Of a DNA stretch of 64,000 nt, positions 58,142 to 64,000 are shown piece after piece; the stretch's first letter is position 1, and each line of letters opens with the position of its first letter. Origin of the DNA: an uncultured bacterium (GTDB lineage Bacteria; Patescibacteriota; Minisyncoccia; Phycocordibacterales; CAIJYI01); assembly GCA_903824855.1 (NCBI GenBank), contig CAIJYI010000037.1:18684-82683 (forward strand). The letters run 5' to 3'. Below the pieces are notes generated by a model. It saw only the letters and a list, made by a program, of their open reading frames with translations. It did not search any database and was not told the origin of the DNA. Both the position numbers and the translations under genes were made by a program.

Positions 58142-59251
58142 ATGTTACAAATATTCATTTTTGCGCTTACCGCTGTCGGTATTATCGTCATTTCGCACTT
58201 TTTTCTCTACGTTTCGTTTGTTCAGTTTTTTACCATTGAATCGGCAAATATACGTCATATAATTGCGGGATTACTCATCTTTTTCCCCATTGGACTTATC
58301 GGAGTTCAGGTGCTTGCCCATTATTATGATACTACCTTTACCCGAGGACTTTTCTATTTTTTCAGTCTTTGGTTTGGTATTTTGACGGCACTTCTTACTA
58401 TATTCCTTCTCGCGTGGATTATTGTTGGGCTCGCAGGATTGTTTCATGTACTCATTCCCGGCCTTATCATTGGCGTTATTGCCTCACTTTTTACTCTAGG
58501 ATATACATCATATGGAATCTGGAATGCTTATAACCCGATAGTGAAACAGGTCACGGTAACAATAAAGAACCTTCCGTCAGAGTGGAAAGGAAAGAAAGTC
58601 GTGCAAATATCAGATGTTCATTTGGGATTTATTTGGGAAGAACGCTTTTTTGAAAAACTGATTTCCGATGTTAACAAAATAAAACCTGACGCGGTGTTTA
58701 TAACGGGCGATCTTTTTGATGGAACAGGAGACAAATTTGATTATGTCGCAAATGATCTTTCAAAAATTATTGCACCAAAAGGAAAATACTTTGTTACGGG
58801 GAATCATGAAACATATTTCGGAGTCGATAAATCCTATAATCTATTAAAAGGTTCCGGCGTTACAATATTAAAAGATGAAATGAAAGACGTTTCAGGTTTG
58901 CAGATTATTGGAGTAAGTTATGGAGAAAGAATGGAAAACAAAAACGTTTCCGCGGTCATTAGTAAATTGCAGGGTTACAACGAAAACGGCCCGTCCATTC
59001 TTCTCTACCACGAACCGGCACAAACGAAGGAAATAAAAGCTATGGGAATTAAACTTCAGCTTTCCGGACACACTCATGCCGGCCAGATATTCCCTTACGG
59101 TTTTATAACATCACTAGTTTATCCGGGAGTAGATTATGGACTTCACGTGTTTGGCGACTATTCTATCTATACATCAAGCGGTGCCGGTACCTGGGGCCCA
59201 ACCATGAGGGTCGGAACAAATTCAGAGATTGTCGTCATTACGCTTGAGTAG
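58142..59251 (+). CDS. Membrane-bound metallophosphoesterase (YkuE/YaeI-like)
   Basis: ISDVHLG, TGDLFD, GNHE, LLYHEP, SGHTHAGQ; N-terminal TMs. Confidence 0.92.
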   Translation: MLQIFIFALTAVGIIVISHFFLYVSFVQFFTIESANIRHIIAGLLIFFPIGLIGVQVLAHYYDTTFTRGLFYFFSLWFGILTALLTIFLLAWIIVGLAGLFHVLIPGLIIGVIASLFTLGYTSYGIWNAYNPIVKQVTVTIKNLPSEWKGKKVVQISDVHLGFIWEERFFEKLISDVNKIKPDAVFITGDLFDGTGDKFDYVANDLSKIIAPKGKYFVTGNHETYFGVDKSYNLLKGSGVTILKDEMKDVSGLQIIGVSYGERMENKNVSAVISKLQGYNENGPSILLYHEPAQTKEIKAMGIKLQLSGHTHAGQIFPYGFITSLVYPGVDYGLHVFGDYSIYTSSGAGTWGPTMRVGTNSEIVVITLE

Positions 59252-59316
59252 CCCAATTTTATTGACAGTATTTATAAAATGAATTAATGTATTTTATGGA
59301 AAAAGGAGAAAATAAT

Positions 59317-60063
59317 ATGAATCAAAACGAAACACAGCAAAAAAAGATCACTATTTTTGAAGAACAAAATGAAACGCTTCAAAAAATCAAAAAAGAGGGC
59401 TTTGTAAAATATACAGGTTCCCTCGAAAAGCTTTCCGACTCTTTTGTTTTGAAAGACGGTGCTATTCGTTGTATTGATGAAGGAACGCCCGGTGGAATGC
59501 ATTCAGCGGGGAGCGGTATTTTGAGAAACCAATCAGAGGTAGTGGATGCTTTTAAAAATGCGGGAGTCACTGAAATTACGAGTCATGACGGATGCGGAGC
59601 GGCAAAACTGTACGCAAAAGCAAATGGTCTCGACGAATCAAAGGCTGATGAATATGGAAAAAAATGGTCCGAGGAAATCGCAAAACAATTGGGGGTCCCT
59701 CATCAACATATTTCCGCAAGTGAAATGAAGAGACCAAGTGAATTTCATATCGCAAGAACAGTCTACTATGACGGAACCGGAAAATTCGATTTCGGAGAGG
59801 GAAAAGAACTCCCTCCCGGTTTTATCATCAGCAGAAAAATTCAAACCAAAGATGATTCTCTTAAAGAAACCGAAGTTGCCTTAAGTATCGCTTTTGGACA
59901 CCACGGATTTTCCGACCTTATCACAGATGAGAATCCTTTCATTTTAGTCGCGATTGGAGAAACGGCAGAAGATACCGAACGGCTAAAGAAAGAGCTTGCG
60001 GAAGTCACCCATGAATATGACAAAAAAGTAATCATCGACGGATTTACTGCACCCTCTTTTTAA
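59317..60063 (+). CDS. Hypothetical protein with carbonic-anhydrase-like (beta/zeta) metal motif
   Basis: RCIDEG ... SHDGCGA (C-x-D and H-x-x-C). Confidence 0.55.
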   Translation: MNQNETQQKKITIFEEQNETLQKIKKEGFVKYTGSLEKLSDSFVLKDGAIRCIDEGTPGGMHSAGSGILRNQSEVVDAFKNAGVTEITSHDGCGAAKLYAKANGLDESKADEYGKKWSEEIAKQLGVPHQHISASEMKRPSEFHIARTVYYDGTGKFDFGEGKELPPGFIISRKIQTKDDSLKETEVALSIAFGHHGFSDLITDENPFILVAIGETAEDTERLKKELAEVTHEYDKKVIIDGFTAPSF

Positions 60064-60175
60064 TCTGTCGCGGAACAGAGCAATAAACAATATTTGGTGA
60101 TTTTTTCTTCTTGACAAAAGCACAAACCATTGCTATTCTGCAATCAGAAACAGTTCCCAAATTTAGGAGGTTCAA

Positions 60176-60475
60176 ATGAAAAAAGGTCTGTTAACACTGC
60201 TCTCGGCAGTCGCTATTGTTGCGCTCATTCAGCTCAATCCGTCTTGTACGGAAACGCAAAAAATTGACGGTACCATTACGGCTGTTCTTCCGATAAATGC
60301 CAAATATATTAGCGTCGTCCACAACGACAAAAATGGTGTTCCTCGTACCGAACAGGTTTTTCACAGCCAGACAGTCACCGACGGAATAACAACAGTTAAC
60401 CCGCATGATTATATTCCCCAATATTGTAAAACGGAATGCAAATCATATGGAGACATCATTCCAAAGCTGTTCTGA
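60176..60475 (+). CDS. Secreted or anchored hypothetical protein
   Basis: Signal-like N-terminus, AGGAGG RBS, TTGACA promoter, terminator at ~60507-60540. Confidence 0.6.
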   Translation: MKKGLLTLLSAVAIVALIQLNPSCTETQKIDGTITAVLPINAKYISVVHNDKNGVPRTEQVFHSQTVTDGITTVNPHDYIPQYCKTECKSYGDIIPKLF

Positions 60476-60538
60476 GACAACTATCACAAAGAAACATTAA
60501 GAAAAATCCGACGACTCATTACGAGTCGTCGGTGTTTT

Positions 60539-61498
60539 TTATAAAATCAGATTAAACAAATATCCGGTCACGATAATTCCCAAACCTACTACTCCAAAAT
60601 AGAGAGCCAAGAGTTTTGGTTTTAAAACATTTCGCAAGATAATCATCTCGGGTAATGAAAGAGCGGTGACGGACATCATAAAAGCAAGCGCTGTGCCCAT
60701 CGGTAAACCTTTTTCAACGAGTGAGCGAACGATTGGAATTGTTCCTGCAGCATTTGAGTAGAGAGGAATACCAATTAAAACAACGATAATCACGGCGAAT
60801 GGATTACTCGCACTCGCATACGTCGCAAGAAAATCATTAGGTAAATATCCATGAATTAAGGCGCCGAGAGCCACACCGATCATGACGTAAGGAAATACTT
60901 TTAGTACTAAATCCTTTGTGTAGTAGTAAGAAGTGAGCAAACGATTATTTATAGTTTGTTTAACTTCGTCTTCCTCTTCCGATTTGAATTTCCATACATA
61001 TTCTTCCACTAAATGTTCCAGTTTCATTTTTCCAAAAATGACACCTGCGACGATCGCCAGGAGCACTCCGGAAAAAACGTACAAAAGGGCAATTTTCCAA
61101 CCGAACATTCCAAACAAAAGCACGACGGCAATTTCGTTCACCATTGGCGCAGAAATGAGGTAGGAAAACGTCACACCAAGTGGTACGCCCGCTTCTAACA
61201 GCCCAATAAACAAAGGCACAGCGGAGCACGAGCAGAAAGGCGTAATAACACCGAGCAATGATGCGAGAATATTTCCCACAATCGAAAATCGATTGGAGAG
61301 CAATCTCCTTATTTTTTGCGCAGGTAAATATGACCGAATAAACGTAATCGTGAAGATGATGGCAATAAGAAGCAAACCGATTTTAACACTATCATAAATG
61401 AAAAAGTGTAATGCTCCATACAAAACATCATTTGGTGAAACTGACGTAAAAGATAGCACAAAATCAGCAAATTTTTCTATCGGATAGAAAATAGACAT
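60539..61498 (-). CDS. ArsP/DUF318 family permease
   Basis: TPFCSCSAVP, AGVPLG, GIPLYSNAAG, GTALAFMM, SLPE. Confidence 0.9.
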   Translation of the reverse strand: MSIFYPIEKFADFVLSFTSVSPNDVLYGALHFFIYDSVKIGLLLIAIIFTITFIRSYLPAQKIRRLLSNRFSIVGNILASLLGVITPFCSCSAVPLFIGLLEAGVPLGVTFSYLISAPMVNEIAVVLLFGMFGWKIALLYVFSGVLLAIVAGVIFGKMKLEHLVEEYVWKFKSEEEDEVKQTINNRLLTSYYYTKDLVLKVFPYVMIGVALGALIHGYLPNDFLATYASASNPFAVIIVVLIGIPLYSNAAGTIPIVRSLVEKGLPMGTALAFMMSVTALSLPEMIILRNVLKPKLLALYFGVVGLGIIVTGYLFNLIL

Positions 61499-61510
61499 AC
61501 TATTTATTCC

Positions 61511-61801
61511 TTATTTATTATCAAGAAGAATTTTTTTAATCTTCTCTTTTTTTACTTCTTCCGGTTCAATTTCAAACCCGGTCATAACAACTTTTCCACG
61601 AATAGTGATTACGGGGGTTTTGAGAACATTCAGCTTCAAAACTTCCTTAATATCAGGAACATACGTGATATTTTCAGTAATCCCAGCATCTTTTGCGACA
61701 CGAGAAACGAGATTAAAAAGTTTTTTACAAGTCGGGCAACCTGAACCGAGGACTTTAATATCCATCGGGATTGTTTCGCTTTTTTCAATTTCCTCAATCA
61801 T
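61511..61801 (-). CDS. Small redox-active disulfide (thioredoxin-like, MTH895 family) protein
   Basis: IKVLGSGCPTCKKL ... TP. Confidence 0.85.
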   Translation of the reverse strand: MIEEIEKSETIPMDIKVLGSGCPTCKKLFNLVSRVAKDAGITENITYVPDIKEVLKLNVLKTPVITIRGKVVMTGFEIEPEEVKKEKIKKILLDNK

Positions 61802-61812
61802 GTTTTTTTCCT

Positions 61813-62076
61813 TTACAGTTTTTCCAAAAATTCTTGTAAACCACTGAAACTTTTTTTGTTTAAAGAATAATGTACCCATTTGCCCTCCTTTCGAGTCATA
61901 ATCAGATTATTTTTTCGTAACGCGCCCAAATGGTAAGATACCAAATTTTGAGGCAATTTTAGATGTTTCAATATCCCGCAAACACATTTTTCACCCGTCG
62001 AAAGATACTGAATAATTTGTATTCTTTCCTTTCCTCCGAGAACCTTAAATGCCTGTGCGATTGTTTTGTTATTCAT
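61813..62076 (-). CDS. arsR: ArsR/SmtB family transcriptional regulator
   Basis: FKVLG..ERIQII, EKCVC, QNLVSYHL..L, RKEGKWVHYSL. Confidence 0.9.
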   Translation of the reverse strand: MNNKTIAQAFKVLGGKERIQIIQYLSTGEKCVCGILKHLKLPQNLVSYHLGALRKNNLIMTRKEGKWVHYSLNKKSFSGLQEFLEKL

Positions 62077-62105
62077 ATACATATCAAAGAACTTTGATAT
62101 GTATA
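62076..62105. promoter_or_regulatory. ArsR/SmtB-type operator palindrome
   Basis: Perfect 14-2-14 inverted repeat TATACATATCAAAG-AA-CTTTGATATGTATA directly downstream of a TTGACA-N17-TAGTAT promoter. Confidence 0.8.
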
Positions 62106-62169
62106 ATACTAGCACAATCATTTTTTATGTCAAGAAAAAACCGCCCCGATAATTTGGGGCGGTGTATTT

Positions 62170-63741
62170 TTAACTCTGTACGAGAGGAGCCGAAAAATCA
62201 ATAGGGCCAACGTCTTTGATGATACATCTTGGACTGCTCCAAGTGTTGATTATCGCTTGCGGAGTACCGATACCGGCACCGCGAGGGTCGCCACTTGGGC
62301 CAAACCAATGATTTTGCGGAGCGCCTGTCGTGCGAGCGCGCATACCTGCATAAGTTGTACCGTTTACGGTTGCACCGAGGACTTTGTTAATAAAAACAGG
62401 GTCATCGGAAACCACAGCTGCGGTCAAATGATTTTCCATGCGTTCGCATGCTTCCAAAATAAGAGGAAGTTCTTCGTCAGAATAGGTAGTGATTACTTGG
62501 ACTGGACCGAAAACTTCTGATGTTACCCGCCTCCAATATTTTTCCGATAATATTTTTTTAATCGGCACATATACGGCGGTCGGTTCTATCGCTCCATAAC
62601 ATTGCGGAATGTTATGATCTATAAGTGGTTTACCTCCAAAGACAAGATAAGCACCGGGAATTTCGAGAAGTCTTTTTATATGTTCAAGCATTGCTTTTGT
62701 GTTCCAAGTCAACACCGGACCAATCGTCAAATTTTTCAAATTTCGAGTTGCCGCCAAGTCTTTCAGTCTATAAAACAAACTTTGTTCTTTCCATTTTTTG
62801 TGTACAAAAAGGATTGATGTTGCTGAACATTTTTGTCCGCTCGCCGCATACGCATCTTGGTCACATTGCCAGGCTACATAATCAAGATTTTCTTTTTTGT
62901 AATCAGATCCGAGAATTTTCCAATCAAAGCCCGCGTCTTCAATCCGCACTTTTCCGCGCATAATCTGCGAAATTTCTTCTGCAACTTTACTGGAACCGGT
63001 GAATTGAACAAGACGAATGATATCATTCCCTTGTTTCAGTAATTCGTTCATTACTGAACCGCTACAATGAATCAAATCAACATCTTCTGTCGGTAATCCG
63101 CACCAATGAAGTAGTGATATAAATTGATCAAGTACGGGTTCTACCGTCCTTGCGGTTTTGATGAGAGGTTTATTTCCCATATAGAGTGCACCCATAAGTT
63201 GAAGTGCCGGAATCTCGATCGGAAAATTAAACGGTGCAATGATTACTACCGGCCCGTATGGCCATTGATAATCTTGCGGTTGTTGCCCAAAATGATCGCC
63301 CGGGGTTGTCTTCCCTGTTGCTAAAAATCGTACCTGATCGCCACAGAAATTTTTCAAAAACTGTTTTGTCACATTTACTTCGCCGAGCGCTTGTATATAT
63401 GATTTTGGCATCACACTCTGAACGAGTTTTGCAAAATAATCAGCGACTTTTGGATCTTCCAGTGCCATCGCGGCTTTGAAGGAAACTTCGCTGAGCATTT
63501 TATAACGCTCAACATTTTTTATCGGATTATGAAGTCCGCTTTTCGGACACTTCGCCAATGATTTTAAAAATGGCGTAATTTCGTCAATTTTTGTATCGGG
63601 TTGTTCATACAAAGGCGTACCATCGAGCGGGTTTATGATAAAAGCGGTTTTTGCCGTATTTACATACTCCCCGTCAATAATGTTGCAGGGATGATTCAGA
63701 TCATCTTTCAGAGCTCTCAATAAATCATCATAATTTGACAT
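62170..63741 (-). CDS. Aldehyde dehydrogenase, ALDH12-like (delta-1-pyrroline-5-carboxylate/glutamate semialdehyde dehydrogenase)
   Basis: WPYGPV.II.PFNFPIEIP, FTGSS.VAE, EDAGFDWKILG, DQDAYAASGQKCSA, NGTTYAG.RARTTGAPQNHWFGP.GDPRGAGIGTP. Confidence 0.88.
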   Translation of the reverse strand: MSNYDDLLRALKDDLNHPCNIIDGEYVNTAKTAFIINPLDGTPLYEQPDTKIDEITPFLKSLAKCPKSGLHNPIKNVERYKMLSEVSFKAAMALEDPKVADYFAKLVQSVMPKSYIQALGEVNVTKQFLKNFCGDQVRFLATGKTTPGDHFGQQPQDYQWPYGPVVIIAPFNFPIEIPALQLMGALYMGNKPLIKTARTVEPVLDQFISLLHWCGLPTEDVDLIHCSGSVMNELLKQGNDIIRLVQFTGSSKVAEEISQIMRGKVRIEDAGFDWKILGSDYKKENLDYVAWQCDQDAYAASGQKCSATSILFVHKKWKEQSLFYRLKDLAATRNLKNLTIGPVLTWNTKAMLEHIKRLLEIPGAYLVFGGKPLIDHNIPQCYGAIEPTAVYVPIKKILSEKYWRRVTSEVFGPVQVITTYSDEELPLILEACERMENHLTAAVVSDDPVFINKVLGATVNGTTYAGMRARTTGAPQNHWFGPSGDPRGAGIGTPQAIINTWSSPRCIIKDVGPIDFSAPLVQS

Positions 63742-63907
63742 AATCTTCTCCTTTTACCCACCGTAGCTCGCTAGCGACGACAGGCTTTCTTGTTGTTAAA
63801 GTACCCATTTCCTATTCCTATACTGCATAATTTATACGGTTATGTCAATCTGTTTTATCATATATTTATGATATAGTTTCGAGAGATTACATAAGGGGAG
63901 AGTACCA

Positions 63908-64000
63908 ATGAACAAGATAAAATGGGCATTTCTTTTAATATTTATTATATTAATGGGGTGTGCGACAACACGAATAGATTATGGTGGTAATTTGGGTGAA
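63908..64000 (+). CDS. Putative lipoprotein, 3'-truncated by the window edge
   Basis: MNKIKWAFLLIFIILMG|CATT lipobox-like; GGGGAG RBS. Confidence 0.5.
   Translation, partial: MNKIKWAFLLIFIILMGCATTRIDYGGNLGE

Noticed and set aside
1-64000. Alternative genetic code (UGA=Gly, code 25) as in Gracilibacteria/Absconditabacteria
   Set aside because: All conserved genes translate full-length under code 11 without internal TGA.

Overview
A 64 kb AT-rich, gene-dense chromosomal segment translated with genetic code 11. Gene content (many type IV pilin-like genes, short ComEC, trigger factor without its PPIase domain, H+-PPase, many acidic orphans) suggests a Patescibacteria/CPR, probably Parcubacteria, genome; this is inferred, not proven. 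It holds two type IV pilus/T2SS-like loci (1-3.9 kb; 18.7-28.8 kb), housekeeping genes (pyrG, comEC, rnhA, recJ, pgk, tpiA, rpsO, a Xer-type recombinase, nusA, hppA, tig, malic enzyme, clpP, rny, HU, alr, pfk), tRNA-Leu(CAG), tRNA-Ser(GCT), an ArsR/thioredoxin-like/permease operon and a plant-type ALDH12-like dehydrogenase. No CRISPR array, rRNA, IS or prophage was seen. The strongest unexplained signal is a ~170-180 bp non-coding element placed immediately 3' of both unrelated tRNA genes. Each copy has an antisense and a sense copy of its own host tRNA's 3' end around a shared core with compensatory base changes. Other observations: inverted 7-mer and 9-mer micro-repeat arrays, a 6S-like RNA candidate upstream of rny, a switch-like leader upstream of hppA, and a split between apparently leaderless core genes and Shine-Dalgarno-led orphan genes.
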